Source: Pirellula staleyi DSM 6068
GTDB lineage: Bacteria; Planctomycetota; Planctomycetia; Pirellulales; Pirellulaceae
NCBI GenBank assembly: GCA_000025185.1
Contig: CP001848.1
Location: 1,950,001 to 1,982,000, forward strand
Length of the DNA stretch: 32,000 nucleotides
Direction of reading: 5' to 3'
Below the pieces are notes generated by a model. It worked only from the letters and a program-made list of their open reading frames with translations. It was not told where the DNA came from and searched no databases. Made by a program: the position numbers and the translations under genes. Shown here one piece after another: positions 9,883-17,613 of the stretch. How positions within the stretch are numbered: position 1 is the stretch's first letter; each line of letters opens with the position of its first letter.

Positions 9883-10905
9883 ATGAGCACCGGAAGTAAA
9901 CCAAAAAGCCTCGGCGATATTTTGCAGGAATTTAGCCAGCATCGTTTGGTGATGCAGCAAGAACTGCAAAAAGTGATCGTCGGTCAGGACGACGTGATCG
10001 AGCAGATGTTTGCTGCGATCTTCACGCGCGGCCACTGCTTGCTCGAAGGTGTGCCAGGTTTGGCGAAGACCCTCATGGTGAGCACCCTCGCCAAGATTCT
10101 CGATGTCGGTTTTAAGCGCATCCAGTTCACGCCCGACTTGATGCCAAGCGATATCACCGGCACGAATGTCCTCGAAGAAGACGAGCAAGGGAAACGCAAC
10201 TTTCGTTTCGTCGAAGGACCGGTTTTCACGAACATTCTGCTGGCCGACGAAATCAACCGAACCCCTCCCAAGACACAGGCGTCGCTGCTGCAGGCGATGC
10301 AAGAGCGGGAAGTGACTGTGGGTCGCAACACCTACGATCTTCCTGAGCCATTCTTCACGATCGCTACGCAAAATCCGATCGACCAAGAAGGAACGTATCC
10401 GCTCCCCGAAGCGCAACTCGACCGCTTCATGTTCAACATCAAGGTGGGCTATCCCACGGCCGATGAAGAGGAAAAAATCCTCTCGCAAACGACGCGCAAC
10501 GAGAAAATTGAAGTCCGCAAAATTCTCTCGGCCCGCGCGATCATTAACTTGCAGAAGCTGGTTAGCAGCGTGGCGGTGAGCGAGTTTGTGGTGAAGTATG
10601 TCGCCCGACTCGTGCGGGCCACGCGCCCCAAGGACCCGTCGTCGCCGAAGTTTGTGCAAGAGTTGGTCGACTGGGGAGCAGGACCTCGCGCTGGCCAAAA
10701 TCTGATCAACGGCGGCAAAGCTCTCGCCGCGATGGATGGCCGGTTCAGTGTCGCGATCGACGATGTGCGCCGCATCGCAGTGCCGGTGCTTCGGCATCGC
10801 ATCAGCACCAACTTTCAAGCGCAAGCCGAAGGGATGACGACCGACGATATTGTGAAGCGACTTGTGAAAGAAATTCCTGAGCCCGAAGTGCAGAAATTTG
10901 CTTAG
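9883..10905 (+). CDS. MoxR-family AAA+ ATPase.
   Basis: 340 aa with VIVGQDDVIEQMF...LLEGVPGLAKT (Walker A), LLADEINR (Walker B) and LLQAMQEREVTV, then a C-terminal AAA lid. This is the typical MoxR (MRP subfamily) pattern. Confidence 0.93.
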   Translation: MSTGSKPKSLGDILQEFSQHRLVMQQELQKVIVGQDDVIEQMFAAIFTRGHCLLEGVPGLAKTLMVSTLAKILDVGFKRIQFTPDLMPSDITGTNVLEEDEQGKRNFRFVEGPVFTNILLADEINRTPPKTQASLLQAMQEREVTVGRNTYDLPEPFFTIATQNPIDQEGTYPLPEAQLDRFMFNIKVGYPTADEEEKILSQTTRNEKIEVRKILSARAIINLQKLVSSVAVSEFVVKYVARLVRATRPKDPSSPKFVQELVDWGAGPRAGQNLINGGKALAAMDGRFSVAIDDVRRIAVPVLRHRISTNFQAQAEGMTTDDIVKRLVKEIPEPEVQKFA

Positions 10906-10919
10906 TAGCGGGCCCTTTC

Positions 10920-11810
10920 ATGTCGGTTGAAAAGTACCTGAAGCCTGAAGTTATCAATCAGATCAAGCGGCTCGATCTGCGCGCGCAGTTTGTCGTGAAA
11001 GGCTTTTTGCAAGGTTTGCACGCGAGCCCGTTTCATGGTTTTTCGGTGGAGTTCAGCGAACATCGGCGTTATTCGCTGGGAGATGATCCGAAAGATATCG
11101 ACTGGCTCGTTTACGCCAAGACCGACAAGTACTACGTCAAAAAGTTTGAAGCCGAGACAAACATTACCGGCTATTTGGTGATGGACCTGAGCCAAAGCAT
11201 GGCTTACACGCTGCGTCAGGAACTCACCAAGTTCGACTATGCCATTTGCCTGGCAGCGGCACTTTGCTACCTGATGGTACATCAGCAAGACCCGGTTGGG
11301 CTCATCACGTTCGATACTCAGGTGCGCGATTGCTTGCCACCCCGCTCGAAAAGAACGCAGCTGGGGAATGTGCTGGCGCATCTCGCCAATCTGAAGCCCC
11401 AGGGAGAGACGAACGTTGCCAAGAGCCTCGCGCAGATCGCCGCGATGCTGAAAAATCGAAGTCTGGTGATGGTTTTTTCAGATCTGCTCGTCGATCCATC
11501 TGAGCTATCGCTTTCGCTGAAACAGTTGCGGCATCGAGGGCATGATGTGATTCTGTTTCACATTCTCGACGAAGCTGAAGTGAATTTTCCCTTCGATGGG
11601 AGTGTCGAGTTTGAAGATCCCGAAACGGGTGAGAAGATGGTAGTCGACGCCAGTGGCTATAAAAGCGACTATCGCAAAACCGTGGCCGACTATCGCGAAG
11701 GACTGAAGCGCGACTGCTTCAAGTCGGGAGTGGACTATGTTCCCCTCGACACCAGCATGCAATTCGACAAAGCGCTGCTGGGATATTTGCTCACACGCCG
11801 CGCGCGGTAG
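10920..11810 (+). CDS. DUF58 domain protein (vWA-like partner of MoxR).
   Basis: 296 aa containing GLHASPFHGFSVEFSEHRRYSLGDDPKDIDWLVYAKTDKYYVKKFEAETN, the diagnostic DUF58 block. It starts 14 bp after the MoxR stop. Confidence 0.87.
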   Translation: MSVEKYLKPEVINQIKRLDLRAQFVVKGFLQGLHASPFHGFSVEFSEHRRYSLGDDPKDIDWLVYAKTDKYYVKKFEAETNITGYLVMDLSQSMAYTLRQELTKFDYAICLAAALCYLMVHQQDPVGLITFDTQVRDCLPPRSKRTQLGNVLAHLANLKPQGETNVAKSLAQIAAMLKNRSLVMVFSDLLVDPSELSLSLKQLRHRGHDVILFHILDEAEVNFPFDGSVEFEDPETGEKMVVDASGYKSDYRKTVADYREGLKRDCFKSGVDYVPLDTSMQFDKALLGYLLTRRAR

Positions 11811-11888
11811 GGTTTCATGCTGCCCTGTTACGCTCGTAATCCCCGCGAAATGTGACGAAAAATCTGATGCCTAAATTTGTTGCCTGCT

Positions 11889-12575
11889 TTAATAGGCATT
11901 CATCAGGCCCTTGCGAGGATCGACTTCCTTGAGGGCCTTTTTGGCGGCGCCGCGGATCGTTTCGTCTTCCTTCTGATCGTTGAGCAGTGCCGTCAATTTA
12001 GGGATGGCATCTTTCGCGGCAGGGCCGACGTAGGCCAAGGCAGCGAGTGCCGCTTTACGCTGCGCAAAGTCGCTGCTGTCGAGCGTCGCAATCAGTTTCT
12101 TCACAATTTCTGCATCGCTGGGCTTCACTCGGCCGAGGCATTCGATCGCTTTGATTTTCAGCTGCGCGTTGTCACCATCAGCCGCCTGCAGGAGTGCCGG
12201 TTTCGCGACTGGTCCGAGGCGACTGAGGACACGACAGGCGGTCATACGCGAGGTGAGCCCTTGGGAGCTATCTCCCAGACGGGCGATCAGCTCATCGGCT
12301 ATTTTCGACCCTTGCAACTCGAGCCACTGCTCGACTTTCATACGATCCTGACCGGCTGTTGCTTCGGTTGACGAAGCCAGTCGCTCCGCCTCGGCCATCG
12401 CCTCGCTGACACTGGCAAAGGATGCCTGCGTCACTTCGGGGAGCTTCACCGCTGGTTTTGCGGTCGAACTCTTTTTCTTCGAAGTTCCGCTGCTTTCAGG
12501 AGTCGGCATTTCGCCGCAGCCAAGGATTGCTGTCGTCAGCAGAAGCAGAGAGATCACTAAGGAAAAAGGACGCAT
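11889..12575 (-). CDS. HEAT-repeat lipoprotein.
   Basis: I place the start at the ATG at 12573-12575, giving MRPFSLVISLLLLTTAILGC (a lipobox-like signal). The C-terminal part has HEAT/PBS-lyase-like repeats (RVLSRLGPVAKPALLQAA..., ALAYVGPAAKDAIPKLTALLND). The 358-aa version in the ORF track overlaps the upstream gene and reads as non-coding. Confidence 0.7.
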   Translation of the reverse strand: MRPFSLVISLLLLTTAILGCGEMPTPESSGTSKKKSSTAKPAVKLPEVTQASFASVSEAMAEAERLASSTEATAGQDRMKVEQWLELQGSKIADELIARLGDSSQGLTSRMTACRVLSRLGPVAKPALLQAADGDNAQLKIKAIECLGRVKPSDAEIVKKLIATLDSSDFAQRKAALAALAYVGPAAKDAIPKLTALLNDQKEDETIRGAAKKALKEVDPRKGLMNAY

Positions 12576-12864
12576 CGAGAGAGGTTCCAGCAAGTGAGGC
12601 GAGCGAGAAGCATCGCCGAAAAGTAGCTGCGACGAAAGTTCGTCTGGCGATGCCCACGCAATATGCTGCGCCGTCTCCGCTGAATCAAGCACCGGAGGAC
12701 CAAACTCATTCGCGCCGCTCTTTTTCGAGCGAAATCGCCAGCGTTTGGGGGGAAGAGTCGAGCTGGATTGCACGAAAAAAGCTCGCTCGGTTCCCAGGAG
12801 AGAGGAACCAAGCGAGCTTCGTGTGTGCGGCCAGATTGGACTTTCAGCTTCGCAGGTATGCGAT

Positions 12865-14328
12865 CTAGCTACGACGCATCGATGGACGACCAGAGCCGAC
12901 TTGTGCGAAGTGAGGTGCGCGAATCGGATGAACTGCTGCCGAGGCGACCGGAGCAGCGGGGGCAATGCCCGCTTCGATAATGCTCGGAGCGAGCGATCCG
13001 CTGAGGGTTTCGTGAGCGCGGCCGCTACGTTCGTCCTGCTGATAGAAGGCGAGCAAGTGGAAGCTGTCGCTCGAGATGAACTCGTGCTGTCCCGAAAAAG
13101 CTTGTGTCGGTTGATAGGTGCGGCGCCAGGTGCCCGCGTTGAAATAGGTCTGGCTCAACACAAAGCCATCGGCATGGCTGGCATCGAGCGGAATTTGCTC
13201 GGCCGTGTGGGTGTGACCATACACAATCGAACGTGCCCGACGATTGCGGAAATCAGATTCGGCGAGGGCGTGCATGGCGTAGGAACTGGTGTGAGCACCA
13301 CGCAAATCGGCGAGCCAAGCGAGCGTTTTGCCAGTCCAGTCGTGCGAGTCGCGGCGGCTGAACTTCAAGGCAGAAGCCAGGCCATCGACCAGGTCGACAG
13401 CGCTCCAGCGGCTGCCGTGGCGCACAATCTCGAGTTCCAGAAAATCTTCGACCGTGTTGTCCCACAGCCGCTTGATCGCTTTGCGCGTGACGAGTGCTGG
13501 AACAAGCCGTTCGAGTTGGCTTTCGAGCCAGGCGGCAATCAGCAGTTGGGGACGAATCTGTTCGATCTCGCCAATCGTCGCAAGCGCCACTGGCGAAAGC
13601 TCGGCTGCTAGTTCCGATTCGCAGCGAACAAGGAACTTGCCGACCAGTTCGATGGCAATCGCATCGGAGAGGCTGGCGGTATCGCGATCGTCGCTAAAGC
13701 TGAGAGGATCGAAGATATCGCCGTGACGGGCGAGGACACGATGACGACGGAGCGAATCGGCGAGTTCTTCCGATTCCATCGCTTCGTGAGGGAATGGTTT
13801 GTTGTGCTGGTTGGCAAGTCCCAAGTGGTGGGCCACTTTGTGTCGCAGCAGGTCGAACTGCGAACCGGCCAAGTGCAGCGGCCAATCGCGGTTGCCGACC
13901 ATGTAGTGAGTCCGAACAGCCACGGGCAACTCTTCTTCGTGCAAAAGAGGCTGGCCGTTTTGGCCCACATAGGGGACCGAGACGAGTCCTTCGGTGGCGA
14001 GTGAGCGAAGGTGACGAATCGCGTCGACGTTGTGACGCAGGATATCGTCGGTGATAGCGGTTGCCGTTTCGACGAACGCGGGACTGTTAACATCGCTCCA
14101 GGGACGCGTTTTCGACGCGAGCCACTTCCGCGAGCCGGTGATGTCGAGCGTGTCACCCAGAAGCAGAAGATCGATCCGCTCGATCGGCATGTAGATGCCG
14201 CTGGCACGCCAGCTGGCTCGATAAGCAAGGTCGCACATGCGATCGACGAGCAGTTCCATGGCTCCGCTGGCAAGAGCCGAGCTGGACGCACTGTCGCTGA
14301 GGTGCAGATCGCTGAGGACGACGAGCAT
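12865..14328 (-). CDS. Calcineurin-like metallophosphoesterase with a large helical insertion and a C-terminal extension (487 aa).
   Basis: Metallophosphoesterase motifs appear in order: MLVVLSDLHLSD, LLLLGDTLD, MVGNRDW, ARHGDIFD and IVYGHTHT. About 170 aa of helical sequence lie between the HGD and GHTH motifs. I place the start at the ATG at 14326-14328, preceded by AAAGGAA. The ORF-track start at 14388 adds 20 unlikely residues. Confidence 0.8.
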   Translation of the reverse strand: MLVVLSDLHLSDSASSSALASGAMELLVDRMCDLAYRASWRASGIYMPIERIDLLLLGDTLDITGSRKWLASKTRPWSDVNSPAFVETATAITDDILRHNVDAIRHLRSLATEGLVSVPYVGQNGQPLLHEEELPVAVRTHYMVGNRDWPLHLAGSQFDLLRHKVAHHLGLANQHNKPFPHEAMESEELADSLRRHRVLARHGDIFDPLSFSDDRDTASLSDAIAIELVGKFLVRCESELAAELSPVALATIGEIEQIRPQLLIAAWLESQLERLVPALVTRKAIKRLWDNTVEDFLELEIVRHGSRWSAVDLVDGLASALKFSRRDSHDWTGKTLAWLADLRGAHTSSYAMHALAESDFRNRRARSIVYGHTHTAEQIPLDASHADGFVLSQTYFNAGTWRRTYQPTQAFSGQHEFISSDSFHLLAFYQQDERSGRAHETLSGSLAPSIIEAGIAPAAPVASAAVHPIRAPHFAQVGSGRPSMRRS

Positions 14329-14410
14329 GGCCGAATTCCTTTTCGCTTTGGGGGCCCTGCTTCCTTGCAGGGCGCTACGAGAGTCCACCGCGAGTATCGA
14401 CTAACGACTC

Positions 14411-14455
14411 TGTCGGTCGTGAGGAAAGTTCCGAAAAAAAAGAGATTGTCGGTCG
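14411..14455. repeat. Direct 9-mer repeat TGTCGGTCG x2, 36 bp apart, upstream of the metallophosphoesterase gene.
   Basis: Read directly: 14411-14419 and 14447-14455. The copies flank an A8 tract (14433-14440). The repeat lies 83-127 nt upstream of the gene start on the minus strand. Confidence 0.3.
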
Positions 14456-14578
14456 CGGTGAGTGAGGTGCTTGGTGTGCTTGGGTTAACTGCGTTAATTA
14501 GGGTGATCGCAATTGGAGCTTCATCACATCGCTGCTAGCGGATCAGCAGCTCGCGATCAGCTCCCGAATGAAGCGTTG

Positions 14579-15184
14579 CTAGCGTGGCACTTGTGGTGCG
14601 GGCTGCATGAGGGTGCGCATCAGTGCGGGAATTGCTGGGGCGGCGTCGGGGCCGATGCGACCGAGTGTGCGGGCCGCTGTTTTGCGGATCAGCGGATCGG
14701 GATCGTCGAGCAGACGAATCAGATCGGGAACGGCCTCTTTAGCGTCGCTTCCCATGCGTGCTAAAACTTCGGCCGCTTTTCGCCGCACGATCGGGTCTTG
14801 GCTTCGCAGGGCTTGAATCAGGGCCGGAATTGCCGGTGGACCGATCCGCCCCAAGGCGTCAGTGGCGGTTTGCTCTTCGGTCCACTGCTCGAACGGTTGC
14901 AGCTGAAAATGGTCGCGACCGGCTGCGTCGTTTTCGGTGTATGCAACTTGCGCCCCGGCATACGGGCTGTTGGAATTAGCCATCGCTGGATATTTCGAAC
15001 CAGTTCGGTCGACCGCAGGTGGGGCGAGGGTACCCGGCGCGGCCGTGGAAACCAGCGAAGCGCTGCTGTCCGGGGCGGGGCTGCTCTGCGAAGGCTCAAC
15101 AGGTGTGCCACCACCACAGCCGGCCGAGACAAGTGTCGCGGCGCTTATGAGCAGCATCGCGCTGGCAGCTTGGTTTCGAAACAT
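14579..15184 (-). CDS. HEAT-repeat lipoprotein (second copy of this type).
   Basis: I place the start at the ATG at 15182-15184, preceded by GGAAGGGTGAGG. This gives MFRNQAASAMLLISAATLVSAGC (lipobox). The C-terminal repeats are DALGRIGPPAIPALIQALRSQDPIVRRKAAEVLARMG and AVPDLIRLLDDPDPLIRKTAARTLGRIGP. Confidence 0.72.
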   Translation of the reverse strand: MFRNQAASAMLLISAATLVSAGCGGGTPVEPSQSSPAPDSSASLVSTAAPGTLAPPAVDRTGSKYPAMANSNSPYAGAQVAYTENDAAGRDHFQLQPFEQWTEEQTATDALGRIGPPAIPALIQALRSQDPIVRRKAAEVLARMGSDAKEAVPDLIRLLDDPDPLIRKTAARTLGRIGPDAAPAIPALMRTLMQPAPQVPR

Positions 15185-15288
15185 GGCCTCACCCTTCCGC
15201 GTCGTCAAATCGCTGTGATCCTCACAATTGGTACGACACCAGTATATCAACCGAGCATGCTCTGCGCGATAGTTTGTCGATCGATGCC

Positions 15289-16272
15289 ATGCCTGCTGCT
15301 ATGAGGGGGGACCGCTCCGATTCGAGACGCCGCCCTGCCTGTTATGAGCTACGGTTGATCTATGGTGGCGAGATCCATCCCGATGGGCGAGGCGTCCTTC
15401 CGAGCGGCTGCGAAGAGTATCAACGAATGGTTACCTACGACGATTATCTCGATAGTTCGCTGGCTCCCGAAGACAAAGGGACCCTCGAGATCAACACCGA
15501 GTATGTCACTACACGCAAACCGATGTGGCTCCTTGCGCTCAAGCTAATCGGTTCGATCGCGATGGTGGCGGCGGTGTATGTCATCGCGCTTCCGTCGCTC
15601 ATGAAGTTCATGTCGCTGTGGCAAGCGATTCCACTCGTTGCTGGCGTGCTGCTGGTCTATCAGGGGATTGCCTTTTTCATTCGCGCCAATCCCGATATCG
15701 ATCGACTCTACTACGACGACTGGGATTGCGATGGCGACAGTTGGACCATGTTTGGCAGTCGTCGCCGCGCGTGGTCGTTCAGCCAGTTTTTGCTACAGCT
15801 ACAGATGATTTTTGGGCCTGGCCGTTTTGTGTCCGAAACGATTCTCGACCTATGTGTCGAGTTTGGTTTTGCGAAAGGTCCAGAAGTGCTCGACCCAGCA
15901 GCGCAGGACGATAAGTCTCGTTTGATTCATGACATCCTGATGCAAAACGATCCGGCGCTTCCCACCTCCCCGGCCCTCATCGAGCAAGTCCAGGCGGAAG
16001 TAGCAGCCGAGCTATCGATGGAAGAGCGTTTGGCTACCGATGTGGCAGACCTGGCGGAGGAGGCTCACGCGGTCGATCCCGAACCGAGTCCCTACAACGA
16101 CCGCGACCCGCGCGTACGCTACGAAGTTTTCTCGACCGATCGCTACACGAGCGAGCGGCTGCGCGAAGCCAAGGATGCAGTCCCCACCTATTCGCGCGAT
16201 CCCTATGCCACGCCCACGGCAGAGCCAGCACCCGCTCCACGCCTCAGCCCTCACCGTTTCGAGCAGTGGTAA
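15289..16272 (+). CDS. Hypothetical membrane protein (2 TM) with an acidic/Pro-rich C-terminal tail.
   Basis: The ORF 15274-16272 begins with TTG. The first ATG is at 15289, and another candidate is at 15427. It has two hydrophobic helices (MWLLALKLIGSIAMVAAVYVIAL and AIPLVAGVLLVYQGIAFFI) and no recognisable domain. Confidence 0.5.
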   Translation: MPAAMRGDRSDSRRRPACYELRLIYGGEIHPDGRGVLPSGCEEYQRMVTYDDYLDSSLAPEDKGTLEINTEYVTTRKPMWLLALKLIGSIAMVAAVYVIALPSLMKFMSLWQAIPLVAGVLLVYQGIAFFIRANPDIDRLYYDDWDCDGDSWTMFGSRRRAWSFSQFLLQLQMIFGPGRFVSETILDLCVEFGFAKGPEVLDPAAQDDKSRLIHDILMQNDPALPTSPALIEQVQAEVAAELSMEERLATDVADLAEEAHAVDPEPSPYNDRDPRVRYEVFSTDRYTSERLREAKDAVPTYSRDPYATPTAEPAPAPRLSPHRFEQW

Positions 16273-16353
16273 CCGCAGGGCCGGGAAAACTGCCTCGCAG
16301 AGGAAAGCTACGGCAGGCCAGCGTCAGCTTGTCTGTCAGCCTCTTGTGAACTG

Positions 16354-16791
16354 TCAGTTCGCTACATACGCCGTGTAGAACATCCGATAGCCTCGTCGTT
16401 TGTCGTTCCCTCCATCGTGGGTGATGATCGGCCCCAGCACGCCACGGTTGGTGAGATAGTGCTCGATCGCCAGTGGTACGCCCCGGGTGTGCACCACGGT
16501 GTAGTCGCTAGCCTTGATCGATGTCTCCACATGGAGGTTCATCGAGAGTTCCGGACCTACCATCGCGCGGCGCGTTTCTACCACCAGGTAAGCGCCAGGA
16601 AGATTTTGCTGAGCCTCTTGGAAAGCACGTAGCGCCGCACCATCGATTCGAAAGCCGTGGGGCGAGTGATAGTGACCGGTTTCAAGTTGCAGCAACCGCA
16701 GCGAATACGCCGCAAGTCCCAAGACAATCACCAGCGCAGCGCCTCCCGCGATCATCAGCAAGCGAAAACGAGATTTACTACCCATGTTCAC
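16354..16791 (-). CDS. Hypothetical N-terminally anchored protein (145 aa).
   Basis: ORF with an N-terminal anchor RFRLLMIAGGAALVIVLGLAAYSL and no recognisable domain. Confidence 0.5.
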   Translation of the reverse strand: MNMGSKSRFRLLMIAGGAALVIVLGLAAYSLRLLQLETGHYHSPHGFRIDGAALRAFQEAQQNLPGAYLVVETRRAMVGPELSMNLHVETSIKASDYTVVHTRGVPLAIEHYLTNRGVLGPIITHDGGNDKRRGYRMFYTAYVAN

Positions 16792-16819
16792 TCGGCCTTG
16801 GAAAAAGTTTGCCGGGTGG

Positions 16820-16842
16820 CACTGCTGGCTTGTCCAGCAGTG
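16820..16842 (-). terminator. Perfect 9-bp stem / 5-nt loop hairpin between two co-directional orphan genes. This is a candidate terminator or processing site.
   Basis: Read directly: cactgctgg cttgt ccagcagtg. It lies 55 nt downstream of the stop at 16897 and 29 nt upstream of the start at 16791. There is no immediately adjacent U-tract on the minus strand; a T5 run lies about 15 nt further on. Confidence 0.35.
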
Positions 16843-16896
16843 AGCAGTTCAACACACGCTTCGCCGTTTCGCAGGGGCCCTTCGATGGCCCATCCC

Positions 16897-17439
16897 CTAC
16901 TTCACTTCTCGCAGCGAAATCGGCTTGTCTCCGAATCCATCGTGCTGGCGCTCTAGTTTGCGAAGAATTTCTAGCGCATAGGGTTCAGCAACGAGGTGGT
17001 AGGGATCTTCCGACCTAGAAATCGCGATTGCTTCTTCATTCTTCGGAAAGATGGAGTAGAGGGTATCAAGCTCCATCGTCGGTGGTCCCTCGGCGGTGTA
17101 CGCGGTCAAGGAATTGAAGATGTCGTACATCACTTTCCCCGAAAAACTGCCGTCCCAGTTTGGCGATAACTTGCCCGCAATTTTGAAGGTCGGTTCGTAA
17201 TTATTCGGCGACGCCAACATGAACGGTTGCCCGCTAATAAATCTCACCGTTGCCACATGCGCAATCGGTAACTTCTTGTACTTTGCGATGTAACAACTCT
17301 CGCGTGCGTAGGTCTTGTAGAGATGCAAATAGACCGGCTCCGGCTCGCGAGTTCGATCGATCCACCACGCGAGCCCCACACACGCCAGTGTGGTGAGTAG
17401 CAACAGCGAAAGGAGCGAGATGCGGGGTCGCCATAGCAT
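16897..17439 (-). CDS. Hypothetical N-terminally anchored protein (about 180 aa).
   Basis: The ORF is 16897-17460. I prefer the ATG at 17439 (MLWRPRISLLSLLLLTTLACVGLAWWI), preceded by GAAGGTAA. By eye it looks AT-richer than its neighbours. No recognisable domain. Confidence 0.55.
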   Translation of the reverse strand: MLWRPRISLLSLLLLTTLACVGLAWWIDRTREPEPVYLHLYKTYARESCYIAKYKKLPIAHVATVRFISGQPFMLASPNNYEPTFKIAGKLSPNWDGSFSGKVMYDIFNSLTAYTAEGPPTMELDTLYSIFPKNEEAIAISRSEDPYHLVAEPYALEILRKLERQHDGFGDKPISLREVK

Positions 17440-17465
17440 TAGCTCGTTACCTTCGCGCATGAAGA

Positions 17466-17499
17466 GGGAGGTGCATCACCCTGACGTGAAACACCTCCC
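17466..17499 (-). promoter_or_regulatory. Stable hairpin whose 5' arm (mRNA sense) is a perfect SD-like GGGAGGTG.
   Basis: Plus strand: gggaggtg ca tcac cctgac gtga aa cacctccc. This gives an 8-bp outer stem, a 2x2 internal loop and a 4-bp inner stem. It is located 115 nt after the oxidoreductase stop and immediately upstream of ORF 16897-17460. Confidence 0.35.
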
Positions 17500-17613
17500 C
17501 TAAATTACCTGACGAGCACTGGCAGGCGAATGCCAAAAGAAGAGTTTCTTGGCCCTCTTTCCCCCGCCTCTAGTCCCTGGCCACTAGCCGCTGCGAGGCC
17601 GGTGAAACCGTCC

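Noticed and set aside
11811-11888. The inverted repeat ATGCCTA-N18-TAGGCAT between the convergent DUF58 and HEAT-lipoprotein genes, as a possible bidirectional terminator.
   Set aside because: It has only 7 bp with a large loop and no flanking U/A tracts. One arm also overlaps the stop codon of the minus-strand gene. This is too weak to call.
12576-12965. The N-terminal 130 aa of the 358-aa ORF 11889-12965 (-).
   Set aside because: The extension overlaps the 3' end of the metallophosphoesterase gene and reads as low-complexity R/S-rich sequence. An internal ATG at 12575 gives a clean lipoprotein signal peptide.
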